From the NCBI GenBank assembly GCA_037441845.1, contig JBBIRK010000006.1, positions 148,880 to 212,879 on the forward strand: DNA of 64,000 nt, given 5' to 3'. The position numbers and the translations under genes were made by a program. Shown in pieces: positions 8,049 through 17,694 of the stretch; within the stretch, counting starts at the first letter, position 1, and each line of letters begins with the position of its first letter. The notes below the pieces were generated by a model. It was not told where the DNA came from. It worked only from the letters and a program-made list of their open reading frames with translations, and made no database searches. The stretch comes from Candidatus Zixiibacteriota bacterium. Lineage in GTDB: Bacteria; Zixibacteria; MSB-5A5; UBA10806; 4484-95.

Positions 8049-9327
8049 ATAGAACCGCGAACCTTTCGAACGCCCGCAGCGTTTGTTTCAGTTGCGCCGC
8101 ACCGTGCGCCGTGCTTACGAACCAGGCCTCGTACCCCGAGGGCGGTATGAAGACGCCGTTATCGAGCATGACGCCGAACAACCCCGCATAAAGTTTCATA
8201 TCCGTACGTTGAGCCGCCGCGAAATCGTCGATATTTTCCCTCGAAAAGTATAACGTGAACAGACTGGCCGCGCGGTTGATTACCAACGGAATCCCCCGAC
8301 AGCCGGCGATAGTCTTCAGCGATTCCGTCAGCTCTATCGCATAATCTTCGAGTTGCCGATAAATCCGCTTGTTTAGACGCTTAAGCAAAGCCGCTCCGCA
8401 TGCTGCGGAAATAGGGTTCCCCGACAGGGTGCCGGCCTGATACACAGGCCCGATCGGTGCAAGCATCTCCATTATCGCCTGCTTGCCGGCGACCGCGCCT
8501 ATGGGCATACCGCCGCCCAGAATTTTTCCATAACATGCAATATCGGGGATGATTCCATATAGCTCCGCCGCTCCTCCCGGCGCTACCCTGAATCCGGTTA
8601 TTACTTCGTCGAAAATGAGCACCGACCCGCTTTCTGCGGTTTTCGTCCGCAACAATTCGAGAAATCCTTCGGCTGGAGGAATCACTCCCATATTTCCCGC
8701 CGCCGGTTCCACGATCACCGCCGCTATATCTTCACCATGTCGGTCAAAACAATTTTTCACCGCCTCCAAATCGTTATAGGGGATTGAAATGGTTAACGTC
8801 GAAATTTCCGAAGGCACTCCGGCGCTTGCGGGGATGCCGCCGGTGGCCAGGCCGGAGCCCGCCCGGACGAGAAACGAATCCGAGTGGCCGTGGTAACCGC
8901 CGTCGAATTTGACGATGAGCTTCCTGCCGGTGAATCCACGCGCAAGCCTTATCGCCGTCATGCAGGCCTCGGTTCCCGAGCTCACCAGCCGCACCATATC
9001 GATCCAGGTAATGTGTTTTTTCACCAGATTGCAAAGCTCGAATTCCCCCCTCGATACCGTCCCGAACGAGAGGCCGTGTCTTGCCGTCCGGGTGATCGCT
9101 TCGATCGACTTCGAAAACGCATGTCCAAACGGGAGAGGCCCCCAGGACATCACGTAATCCACGTAGCGGTTTCCATCGATATCGTAGATATATGCCCCTT
9201 TTGCCTTGGTCGTCACGAACGGTTTCCTGCCGACCGCCCCGAACGCTCTGACCGGAGAATTGACTCCACCGGGAATCAAGCGCTTCATTTTCTCAAATAG
9301 CGCATTCGATTTTATCGATCTTCGCAT
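8038..9327 (-). CDS. hemL: Glutamate-1-semialdehyde 2,1-aminomutase.
   Basis: 429-aa class-III aminotransferase. Motifs: GGVNSPVRAF, YVDYVMSWGPL, FDEVITGFR. Confidence 0.9.
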   Translation of the reverse strand: MRRSIKSNALFEKMKRLIPGGVNSPVRAFGAVGRKPFVTTKAKGAYIYDIDGNRYVDYVMSWGPLPFGHAFSKSIEAITRTARHGLSFGTVSRGEFELCNLVKKHITWIDMVRLVSSGTEACMTAIRLARGFTGRKLIVKFDGGYHGHSDSFLVRAGSGLATGGIPASAGVPSEISTLTISIPYNDLEAVKNCFDRHGEDIAAVIVEPAAGNMGVIPPAEGFLELLRTKTAESGSVLIFDEVITGFRVAPGGAAELYGIIPDIACYGKILGGGMPIGAVAGKQAIMEMLAPIGPVYQAGTLSGNPISAACGAALLKRLNKRIYRQLEDYAIELTESLKTIAGCRGIPLVINRAASLFTLYFSRENIDDFAAAQRTDMKLYAGLFGVMLDNGVFIPPSGYEAWFVSTAHGAAQLKQTLRAFERFAVLYGK

Positions 9328-9345
9328 GCCGCTTTACCGTGCTTA

Positions 9346-10326
9346 TTATCCGCCGGCGATCCAGCGGGCGATATCGAGCGCATGATAGGTGATTATGATG
9401 TCGGCGCCCGCCCTCTTGATGGCATGGATTATTTCCATCACCAATTGCTTTTCGTCCGCAGCACCTGATTCCGCCAATAACTTGGCCATCGTATATTCGC
9501 CGCTGGTATTGTAGGCCGCCAGGGGAATCCCGATCCCCGAGTTTTTCGCCCTCCATATAATATCCAGATAAGCCAAAGCCGGCTTGACCATGACTATATC
9601 GGCCCCCTCTTCGATATCCAATTCGATTTCCCTAAGTGCATCTCCCGGCCGACGATAGTCGAGTTGATAACCGCATCTGTCGCCGAACTTGGGGCTCGAT
9701 TTCGCCGCCTCTCGAAACGGCCCATAAAAAGCCGAGGCAAATTTGGATGAATAAGACATGATCGCCGTTCCCGTGAAACCGGCCTCGTCGAGCGCCCGAC
9801 GTATCGCCGCCACCTGTCCGTCCATCATCGCCGATGGCGCCACGATATCGGCGCCGCACCGGGCGTGACTTTCCGCTTGTCGGGCAAGCATTTTCAAGGT
9901 GGCGTCGTTATCGACCTCGCGTCTTTTCACTATCCCGCATTGCCCGTGATCGGTATATTGGCAAAGGCAGACATCGGTAATTGTAATCATTTCCGGACAA
10001 ACGTACTTGACTCTGCGGATCGCCTTTTGCACGATACCATCTGCCCTGATCGACGAGCTTCCCATGGCATCTTTCTTGCGCGGAATACCGAATAGCAACA
10101 CCGCGCCGATCCCCAGATCCGCCGCAGCTTTAACCTCGGCGCCGATGCTGTCAATAGTATTTGTCTTTATTCCGGGCAGTCCCTTGATAGATTGGGGCTT
10201 GCCGATAGTTTCGCTGACGAATAACGGATAGACAAGATTGGCGGGGGAGAGGTCGATTTCTTTGCACAGGTCGCGCAGAGATTTATTTTTCCGTAACCGC
10301 CGCGGCCGAATCCTTAGATCGCTCAT
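9346..10326 (-). CDS. hemB: Porphobilinogen synthase (delta-aminolevulinate dehydratase).
   Basis: RPRRLRKNKSLRDL at the N-terminus, the active-site region VKPALAYLDII, and YHALDIARW at the C-terminus. Confidence 0.9.
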   Translation of the reverse strand: MSDLRIRPRRLRKNKSLRDLCKEIDLSPANLVYPLFVSETIGKPQSIKGLPGIKTNTIDSIGAEVKAAADLGIGAVLLFGIPRKKDAMGSSSIRADGIVQKAIRRVKYVCPEMITITDVCLCQYTDHGQCGIVKRREVDNDATLKMLARQAESHARCGADIVAPSAMMDGQVAAIRRALDEAGFTGTAIMSYSSKFASAFYGPFREAAKSSPKFGDRCGYQLDYRRPGDALREIELDIEEGADIVMVKPALAYLDIIWRAKNSGIGIPLAAYNTSGEYTMAKLLAESGAADEKQLVMEIIHAIKRAGADIIITYHALDIARWIAGG

Positions 10327-11885
10327 TTTTCCGATTCTCCCGTTTTTCCGCTGAACGCCGCCAACAGTTCCTTAATCATTCCCTCGATCGAATGATTTTC
10401 GCATTCGCGTGCCACCGTCAATCCCCTTTGTCTTATCCGCTGCGATGTCGATGGTCCGATAGAGAATATCATGGCTCCACGGGTGAACGATTGGATCTCC
10501 TTTTCGCTCAATATTTCGAACATTCCATCGACCGTCGAACCGCTGGTGAATATAATCGCATTGGGCGGCGTTTCCAGCAGTTTTTCCTTGAATCCAGCCG
10601 GCCAACGGGGAACCGATACCGAGTATGTTCGCAGCGGCGACACTTTCGCCCCCGCTGCCGTCAAGACATCTTCAAGCATGGCGTCCCCCAGATTGCCCTT
10701 TACCCTTATCACCACCGCTCCGCGCAAGTCGAATTTTTCGGTTAGTTGCGTTGCCAAATTGGCCACAGTCGCCTTACTGGGGATGAAATCAGGATGAAGC
10801 CCCGTTTCGCGTAATTCCGCCGCAGTGCCCTCGCCCACGGCTGCCACTTTCAAACCGCCCAAAAGTTTGATATCGCTTTTTGCTTTCAACTGCCCGATAA
10901 AATGCCGAACGCCGGCTTGGCTGGTGAAAACGAGCCATCCGTCGCGATCGCCTCTCCTGTTGTTAAGCAAAATTAACATTCTGTTCCAGGCTTCTTCGTC
11001 GCGATGTTCCGATACGGCGATCGTGGGGCAGGGGAGAACCTCGGCGCCGAGTTTCCTTAGCCGCCGGTATAATGGAAAAGCCAATTCTACGGGCCGGGTA
11101 ACCATAATCCTAACGCCGAAAAGCGGTGCTTTTTCGAACCAAGCCAGCATCGGTCGCAGCTCCACCACTTTTCCGATTACCACCAACGACGGCGGCCTGA
11201 TTTTCTTTTCGATTGCTTTCACGGCCAATCTTCCCAATGGTGCGCCGACGATATGCTGCGTCGGCTCCGTTCCGCGCTCGATAATAACCGCAGGAGTATC
11301 GGGGTCAAGGCCGCTTTTTATCAGCCTCCCGCTTAACGATTCAAGTTCCTCCACGCCCATATAAATAATCAGGGTTCCGTTTCTCAACTTCGCCAGCGAT
11401 TCCCATGGAACATCCGATATTTCCTTCGTTTTCGATTTGTGCCCGGTGGCGAGAACGGCATACGAGGAATATCTTCTATCGGTGATCGGGATTCCGGCAT
11501 ATCCGGGGACCGCCGTTCCCGCCGTGATGCCGGGAATCACCTCGAAATCAATCCCGTTTCGGCATAGATATTCGGCTTCTTCACCGCCCCGGCCGAATAT
11601 AAAAGGATCGCCGCCTTTCAGCCGAGCCACGTTTTTCCCCTCGGTTGCGAGTTTAACCATCAATTCGTTTATTTCGTTCTGCTCCGTGGAAAAATGTCCT
11701 CCGCGCTTGCCCGCAAAATATATTTCGCAGTTTTGTGAAACCCCGATAATGAGTTCCAGGGGCGTAAGGTAATCGTAAATCAACGCATCGCATTGCTCGA
11801 GGATCGCTTTACCTTTGACCGAAATCAAATCCGGATCGCCCGGTCCTGCGCCTATCAGGTAAACTTTTCCTTTTCCTTCAGCCAT
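10323..11885 (-). CDS. cobA/hemD: Bifunctional uroporphyrinogen-III C-methyltransferase / uroporphyrinogen-III synthase (CobA/HemD fusion).
   Basis: The N-terminal SUMT motifs are VYLIGAGPGDPDLISVKG and RLKGGDPFIFGRGGEE. The C-terminal roughly 250 aa are a HemD-like domain. The total is 520 aa. Confidence 0.85.
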   Translation of the reverse strand: MAEGKGKVYLIGAGPGDPDLISVKGKAILEQCDALIYDYLTPLELIIGVSQNCEIYFAGKRGGHFSTEQNEINELMVKLATEGKNVARLKGGDPFIFGRGGEEAEYLCRNGIDFEVIPGITAGTAVPGYAGIPITDRRYSSYAVLATGHKSKTKEISDVPWESLAKLRNGTLIIYMGVEELESLSGRLIKSGLDPDTPAVIIERGTEPTQHIVGAPLGRLAVKAIEKKIRPPSLVVIGKVVELRPMLAWFEKAPLFGVRIMVTRPVELAFPLYRRLRKLGAEVLPCPTIAVSEHRDEEAWNRMLILLNNRRGDRDGWLVFTSQAGVRHFIGQLKAKSDIKLLGGLKVAAVGEGTAAELRETGLHPDFIPSKATVANLATQLTEKFDLRGAVVIRVKGNLGDAMLEDVLTAAGAKVSPLRTYSVSVPRWPAGFKEKLLETPPNAIIFTSGSTVDGMFEILSEKEIQSFTRGAMIFSIGPSTSQRIRQRGLTVARECENHSIEGMIKELLAAFSGKTGESEK

Positions 11886-12804
11886 CGATATCGCCCAGTA
11901 ATGATTTCACGTTATTTGATTCCAATTTGGCCGCGATCTTATCCAATAAAATCGAGTCTTGTTCATGCAAAGGAATTCTTTCCTCCAGATCGATCCGCTT
12001 TCGGCCGTCGCGGGCCAGCGCCGCAATCGTGACCGCGAATTCGCCGCCCATTGGCCGCGCGTAAACGCCGATCGCCGCCCCGCAACCGACGGAAAGCAGG
12101 TTGAGAACCGCCTTTTCCAACGAGACTGCCCTTCGCGAGATCGGATCATCGATCGCCGCCAGCATCTCCATCAACCGATTGTCGTCCCGGCGCACCTGAA
12201 TCGCCAGAGCCCCCTGGCCGGCGGCAGGCACCAAATCCGTCGGCTCGAATACTTGGGTGATTTCATCGGCCAACCCGAGCCGCTCGAGTCCGATTCGGGA
12301 AAGGACGATCGCCTGTAATCGGTCGTAATGCAGTTTTTTTAATCTGGTCTCTACATTTCCCCGCAAATTTTCGATCGATAAATCCGGCCGGCGGTTGAGC
12401 AGCATGGCTTTCCGTCTCACCGAACCGGTGCCGATGCGGCTTCCCGGCGGAAGCCGTTCCAGCGTCAACCCTGATTTGCTGACCAACACGTCCTCGCAAT
12501 TATCCCTGGGGGGTACTGCCGCGATAACAAGTTCCGGAATTTCTCGAGAAGGCAGATCTTTGGCCGAATGAACCGCCATATCTATCATGCCGGCGATCAG
12601 TTGCCTTTCTATATTCTTGGTGAACACGCCCGGCTCTGGCATTTTATCCAGCGGTGTCCCCGTATCCGAATCGCCCGTGGTCGTAATACGCACGATCTCC
12701 CAAATCGCTTCATTACATTTATCTTTGAGCAAGGCGATGACTTGATTGGTTTGGGCCATGGCCAGCTTACTGGCGCGCGTTCCAACCCTGATGTGGGAAT
12801 TCAT
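11878..12804 (-). CDS. hemC: Porphobilinogen deaminase (hydroxymethylbilane synthase).
   Basis: IRVGTRASKLAMAQTNQV at the N-terminus, then GDSDTGTPLDKMPEPGVFTKNIE and GCGAAIGVYA. Confidence 0.9.
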   Translation of the reverse strand: MNSHIRVGTRASKLAMAQTNQVIALLKDKCNEAIWEIVRITTTGDSDTGTPLDKMPEPGVFTKNIERQLIAGMIDMAVHSAKDLPSREIPELVIAAVPPRDNCEDVLVSKSGLTLERLPPGSRIGTGSVRRKAMLLNRRPDLSIENLRGNVETRLKKLHYDRLQAIVLSRIGLERLGLADEITQVFEPTDLVPAAGQGALAIQVRRDDNRLMEMLAAIDDPISRRAVSLEKAVLNLLSVGCGAAIGVYARPMGGEFAVTIAALARDGRKRIDLEERIPLHEQDSILLDKIAAKLESNNVKSLLGDIDG

Positions 12805-13463
12805 TCCGTGGTTTCGCCGGTTTTTGTGGGTTCGAGCATCTCGACGAGCATGTTTTCGATTCTACGATCATCGCCCGATTCCAGAGCCGATTTCCAGTCG
12901 GCCATGAGAAATCTTTCGTAACAGGCGGTTTTATTGGCCAGATCGTCTCCCCATCTTTCTCTGGTCATCGTCCTGAAATGCGCCGCCAGAGCCGCGATTT
13001 TCGACCAGTGCGGCTTGAACATGCCGTCGAGGACCATTTTCAGATGGCCGGCCAGAAACGGCGCCTGACCATCGGTGGAAATGGCTATCGACAGGTTATC
13101 TCGCCTTAATGTCGCCGGGAATATGATGTCGCATTGATCGGGGTTGTCCACGGCGTTGACCGGAACCCCGGCTTTCCGGCAGTCGTCGCTGACAGCCCTA
13201 TTGATTTCGGGATCCTGGCTGGCGGCGATCACGAATCCATAAGCCGCCGCCTCCGGCGATATATAACTTCGCCTGATCAATTTCACCTTTTCCTTGTCGG
13301 CGAACCATTCGATTTTATCGACGAAAGCCGGTGATATCACGGTTATATCGGCGTGGTAATCGATCAAAATTTCGATTTTGCGAAGCGCCACTTGCCCGCC
13401 GCCGATTATCAACACCGGCCTGTTTTCCAACGAGATCCCCACCGGCATGAATTTATGAGCCAT
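12801..13463 (-). CDS. sirC: Precorrin-2 dehydrogenase / sirohydrochlorin ferrochelatase (SirC / CysG N-terminal domain type).
   Basis: Rossmann motif LIIGGGQVALRKIEIL, 220 aa. It sits between hemA and hemC. Confidence 0.75.
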   Translation of the reverse strand: MAHKFMPVGISLENRPVLIIGGGQVALRKIEILIDYHADITVISPAFVDKIEWFADKEKVKLIRRSYISPEAAAYGFVIAASQDPEINRAVSDDCRKAGVPVNAVDNPDQCDIIFPATLRRDNLSIAISTDGQAPFLAGHLKMVLDGMFKPHWSKIAALAAHFRTMTRERWGDDLANKTACYERFLMADWKSALESGDDRRIENMLVEMLEPTKTGETTE

Positions 13464-13484
13464 AGTTTTTTTCCCTTTTGTCGA

Positions 13485-14684
13485 TCAGGTTTCGGCGTTC
13501 GACTTGAGCTTGAGCAGTTTCTGCGTATATTTCTTGATCGCTTCTTCGAGCTCGATTCGCGAATGCTCCGGCAATCCGGAAATGATCGGCGACAGCTCGC
13601 TGTTCATCAGCTCATCCGCTTGCCGGGCCAGGCCGTTATAAGCCGGTTCGAGACGCGCGTGATCATACCAGTAGATAAACTCGTCCAATCTCCTTTCTAT
13701 TATCTCCTCGGCTTTGATCACCGCCTGCTGCTTTGCCTGGTTGGCCGCTTTGATAGATTCTCTCACGTCGTCGAGATCGAGCACTTCGACCTGCCGCGCA
13801 TAATTTTTGGGAACGTCTATATCGCGCGGCACGGCCATGTCCAACATGATCAGCTTCCTGCCGCCGCGGGATGATATTAATCGGTCTATCATTTTTTTAT
13901 TTATCAACGGCTCTCTCGCAGAGGTGCAGCTGATAACCACATCCGCTTGGCGAATCAGGTTTTCGAGCTCTTCCAGCGGATATCCGGTTCCCTGGTATCG
14001 CCCGGCGAGTTCTTCAGCTTTTGATTTGGTTCGATTGACGAAGCTGAGCTTGGAATAACCCAGACGGTTCAACGCGGAGGCCGCCAGCGCTATCATCTGA
14101 TTGACGCCGATCAGTACGATCACCGGATTCTCCAATTCTGCAAGCCTGCTTTTCAGCAACTCGATCGAGGCGCTGCTGACCGAACAGGCTCCCCGTCCAA
14201 GTTCCGTATCCGTACGTGTCTGTTTGCCGACACGAAAGGCCTGATGAAAAAGTCGGTGCAGTATTTTCCCCGCGGCTTTGACGTTGCAGGCCGAGGTGTA
14301 CGCCTCGCGGACCTGTCCCTGTATATGATTTTCTCCCAGCACCATCGAATCGACTCCGGCGGCGACCCGGAAGAGGTGATCAGCCGCATGCCGATCCTTT
14401 TTTATATAAAAATGCTCTTTCCACCTGTCGATTGAAACGGCGGAAAAATCGGCATAGAAATGCTCGATAATCGAGAATGGATTTTGTCTGTTTTCGGTTA
14501 CCAGATAAAATTCAATCCTGTTGCAGGTGGCCACGATCGCCGATTCCAAAACGCCGTCCTGCCTGCTTAATATCATATTCGCTTTGGCCAGTTCCTCCCG
14601 CGTTATTTGGAGTGGTTGGCGGATCTCCACGCTACCGGTGCGGTGATTTATTCCGCATACTATCAAGCTGACTCTACCGGACAT
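13485..14684 (-). CDS. hemA: Glutamyl-tRNA reductase.
   Basis: VCGINHRTGSVEIRQ, ATCNRIEFY, and the NADP-binding VLIGVNQMIALAASAL. Confidence 0.85.
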   Translation of the reverse strand: MSGRVSLIVCGINHRTGSVEIRQPLQITREELAKANMILSRQDGVLESAIVATCNRIEFYLVTENRQNPFSIIEHFYADFSAVSIDRWKEHFYIKKDRHAADHLFRVAAGVDSMVLGENHIQGQVREAYTSACNVKAAGKILHRLFHQAFRVGKQTRTDTELGRGACSVSSASIELLKSRLAELENPVIVLIGVNQMIALAASALNRLGYSKLSFVNRTKSKAEELAGRYQGTGYPLEELENLIRQADVVISCTSAREPLINKKMIDRLISSRGGRKLIMLDMAVPRDIDVPKNYARQVEVLDLDDVRESIKAANQAKQQAVIKAEEIIERRLDEFIYWYDHARLEPAYNGLARQADELMNSELSPIISGLPEHSRIELEEAIKKYTQKLLKLKSNAET

Positions 14685-14714
14685 AAATTTCCTCGGATCG
14701 TGCCCTTTGATATA

Positions 14715-16403
14715 TCAATCTAATGCCGCTTGGACTCCGCCGCCAATGATTTTCAGACTGCTGAATCCTTTTTCCCGAAGAATATGGACAGCTTGGTAGG
14801 CTCTCGAACCGCGCTTGCATATAATCGAAATCGGGGTGGATCGATCGAACTTGAGCTCGGCGTTTTTCAACTGGCTTAACGGTAAACGGATAATTTCCCG
14901 ATTTTGCCGTTCGGGAATAGGCTGACCGGAACTTTCCGATTTTTCCCGCACGTCCAGCAGCACTATCGCCGAATCGGCCTCCAGATCTCCGGGATCGGCG
15001 ATCGAAATTCCGCGGTTTCTTGATAGCGCCAACGTCGCCAATTGATACAGCGGATCGAGCGCCTCGGCGAATGGCGGGGCATAGGCATGTTCGAAAGCCA
15101 ATAGATCATGGATTGTCGAATATTTACGAAGCAGTGCCGAAAATACGTCGAGACGGCGGCATATATCTCCGTTGCCGGCCGCCTGCAACCCCAGCAGTCT
15201 GCCCTCGGTTTTGCCGAAGATCATCTTGAGAACGAAACTCTTTTTCTCCGGATAATAATCCGGTCTATCGACGAACGAGCCCCAAACACAATCCGGATTC
15301 AATCCGGCCGCGGCCGCCTTTTTGAAACTTACACCGACCGCACCGGCATTCAAATCGAATATCTTCACAATCATATTGCCCAATACCGGCGGATTTTCGG
15401 CATTTCCACCGGCAAAATTTTCCGCGATAATCCAGCCATGCTTATTGGCAAGCGAACCCATCGGCAAATAACATGGTTCGCCGGTTATCAGGTGCACGGA
15501 CTCGATGCAGTCGCCGCCGGCGTAGATATCGGGATCCGACGTGGCCAATCGGCTGTCCACCTTTATCGCCCCCGACTTTCCGAGAGTCAACCCGGCTTGG
15601 GTAGCAAGTGCCGTATTCGGCTGAACCCCAAGCGCCAGAAAAAGATAATCGGCTGAGATTTCGTCTCCGCCGGCAATTGAAACGGCCGGTCTTCCGTCCC
15701 TGTCGAAAACACTGCCGATATTCGCTCCCTTTACGACTCTCACCTTTTTCCGTTCGAGCTCGCGCTCGACAACGGCTGCCATCTCCGGATCGAACATCGC
15801 CGGCAGCAATTGATCGGCCTTTTCTATCAGCGTCGTTTGGATACCCCAAAGGCCTCCTACAGCCTCGGCCAACTCACAACCGATAAGACCGCCGCCTATT
15901 ATTATGGCCGATTCTATTTTCCCGGATTCGGCCTTAGCTCGAAATTTTATCGCATCTTCCGGTCTGGTGAAATACGAAATCGTCTCCACATCAGGGACCG
16001 GAAAGGGGGAAGGTATCGGCACGCCGCCGGTGGCCAAAACAAGTTTACCATAGCGATGACAAGTCGGTTTATCTTGATTTTTCGAACGCAGGGTTACCGT
16101 TTTCGCGGTCCGATCGATAGCGGTCACTTCGGTATCGGTATAAACATCGAACCCTTTGACGTCTCTGAAAAACGCCGTATCTCTTTCCACTCCATACGGA
16201 GTCATCTGCAGTTCTTTGAATGTTCCTACATCGCCCGAGGCGAAATAGGGCAGGCCGCACGAGGCGAACGATATGTAGTCGGATTTTTCGAAAAGAGTGA
16301 TCTTTGCTTTGGGCAAACGTCTGGCCAGCGCCGAGGCGGTTTTCATTCCTGCTGCTGCTCCACCGACAATTACGAAATCCGAGTACTGATTATCAATAAG
16401 CAT
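14715..16403 (-). CDS. CoA-disulfide reductase-family flavoprotein with a C-terminal rhodanese domain (NAD(P)H-dependent persulfide/polysulfide reductase-like).
   Basis: FAD motif VIVGGAAAGMKTA and redox Cys SFASCGLPY, as in CoADR. The C-terminal rhodanese active-site loop is CKRGSRAY. The start was moved to the ATG at 16403, which is preceded by GAAGGAGG 7 nt upstream; the track ORF starts at 16448. Confidence 0.75.
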   Translation of the reverse strand: MLIDNQYSDFVIVGGAAAGMKTASALARRLPKAKITLFEKSDYISFASCGLPYFASGDVGTFKELQMTPYGVERDTAFFRDVKGFDVYTDTEVTAIDRTAKTVTLRSKNQDKPTCHRYGKLVLATGGVPIPSPFPVPDVETISYFTRPEDAIKFRAKAESGKIESAIIIGGGLIGCELAEAVGGLWGIQTTLIEKADQLLPAMFDPEMAAVVERELERKKVRVVKGANIGSVFDRDGRPAVSIAGGDEISADYLFLALGVQPNTALATQAGLTLGKSGAIKVDSRLATSDPDIYAGGDCIESVHLITGEPCYLPMGSLANKHGWIIAENFAGGNAENPPVLGNMIVKIFDLNAGAVGVSFKKAAAAGLNPDCVWGSFVDRPDYYPEKKSFVLKMIFGKTEGRLLGLQAAGNGDICRRLDVFSALLRKYSTIHDLLAFEHAYAPPFAEALDPLYQLATLALSRNRGISIADPGDLEADSAIVLLDVREKSESSGQPIPERQNREIIRLPLSQLKNAELKFDRSTPISIICKRGSRAYQAVHILREKGFSSLKIIGGGVQAALD

Positions 16404-16437
16404 CACCGCGTCCTCCTTCAAACGACCTCCGGCCGGC

Positions 16438-16470
16438 AATAAACGCAAAAGGGTCCGGCATGCCAGACCC
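16438..16470 (-). terminator. Stem-loop (GGGTCcGGCATGCCaGACCC) followed on the - strand by a T-rich tract (TTTTGCGTTTATT). Putative terminator or attenuator between dsrP and the CoADR-rhodanese gene.
   Basis: Inverted repeat at 16451-16470. The complement of AATAAACGCAAAA (16438-16450) supplies the U-tract for a - strand transcript. It lies in a 126-nt gap after the dsrP stop. Confidence 0.35.
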
Positions 16471-16529
16471 TCCTGTTTTATTCCGCTTGTTTCCTCTGGC
16501 GGATCACCGGAATGACCTCGCTGTCATCT

Positions 16530-17687
16530 TCAAGCCATCGCCTCTTCCTTATACGACAGAGCTATTTTGTAGAAGATAGTAACCAAGAAGAAGCCGATCG
16601 CATAGACGCCCAACGATATCAGCAATTCCGGAATAGTGGGGGAATATTCCGTCACATGTCCGATAGGCGAGGGCACGAATCCGGCTACCACCATCCCCAG
16701 CCCTTTGTCGATCCAAATGGAGCCGAAAACCATCAAACACGCCGCAATCAGCAGCCCGTTCACACGCCGCAATTTCGGCACTATCAATATCACCAGCGAC
16801 AGCACCGCCAGAAACACCGAGGTCCACATCCATGGCACCAACCGCGATTTCCCCTCGAGGCCGAAATACAGATACCGGAAATGCTCCAGATGTTCCGGAA
16901 TATTGCTGTAAAACGCGGTGAAAATCTCCATTAGGATAAAGAATACATTGATACACATGGCATAAGTTACAATCTGCGTCAGCTTGCCTATCGCCTCCTG
17001 CCCGGCGTCGAATTTGGTTAGCTTACGGATAATAAAACACATCAGTATCAACAGGGCCGGCCCCGAGGCAAAAGCGGAGGCGAGAAAACGCGGGGCCAAT
17101 ATCGCGGTCAACCAAAACGGTCGAGCGGCCAAGCCCGAATACAGGAAAGCGGTAACCGTATGGATACTTATCGCCCACGGAATGGACAAAATTATTATCG
17201 GTTTTATCCAGCCCGGAGGGGCGATCGCCTTGCGCTCGGCGTTTAATGTCACTCTGCTGATTATCACGTTCAATAATAGGTAGCCGCCCAGGGCTATCGA
17301 ATCCCAGAACATCAACGAATGGGGCGTCGGATACAACATGACGTTGGGAACGCGGGTCGGCTGTCCCATATCGACGAAAATGAACAACATGCACATCATC
17401 ACCGCGGCGATAGCCAAAAATTCGCCCAGAATAGTTATTTTCCCGAACGCCTTGTAATTATGCAGATAATAGGGCAATACCACCATCACCGCCGAGGCGG
17501 CCACACCGACCAAGAAAGTGAATTGCGCGATATAAAATCCCCAGGTGACGTCGCGGCTCAATCCGGTGATACCCAGGCCGTAGGCAAGCTGTTTCAAATA
17601 AAACAAGAAGCCGATGAAAATCACAATTCCCAGCAACGTTATCCACAGCCAATATCTTCGATCTCCGATTAGCGCTCTTTCCAGCAT
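16530..17687 (-). CDS. dsrP: DsrP, NrfD/PsrC-family integral membrane quinone-interacting subunit of the DsrMKJOP complex.
   Basis: 385-aa polytopic membrane protein (about 10 TM helices). It is the last gene of the dsrMKJOP array. Confidence 0.8.
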   Translation of the reverse strand: MLERALIGDRRYWLWITLLGIVIFIGFLFYLKQLAYGLGITGLSRDVTWGFYIAQFTFLVGVAASAVMVVLPYYLHNYKAFGKITILGEFLAIAAVMMCMLFIFVDMGQPTRVPNVMLYPTPHSLMFWDSIALGGYLLLNVIISRVTLNAERKAIAPPGWIKPIIILSIPWAISIHTVTAFLYSGLAARPFWLTAILAPRFLASAFASGPALLILMCFIIRKLTKFDAGQEAIGKLTQIVTYAMCINVFFILMEIFTAFYSNIPEHLEHFRYLYFGLEGKSRLVPWMWTSVFLAVLSLVILIVPKLRRVNGLLIAACLMVFGSIWIDKGLGMVVAGFVPSPIGHVTEYSPTIPELLISLGVYAIGFFLVTIFYKIALSYKEEAMA

Positions 17688-17694
17688 ATTTACC

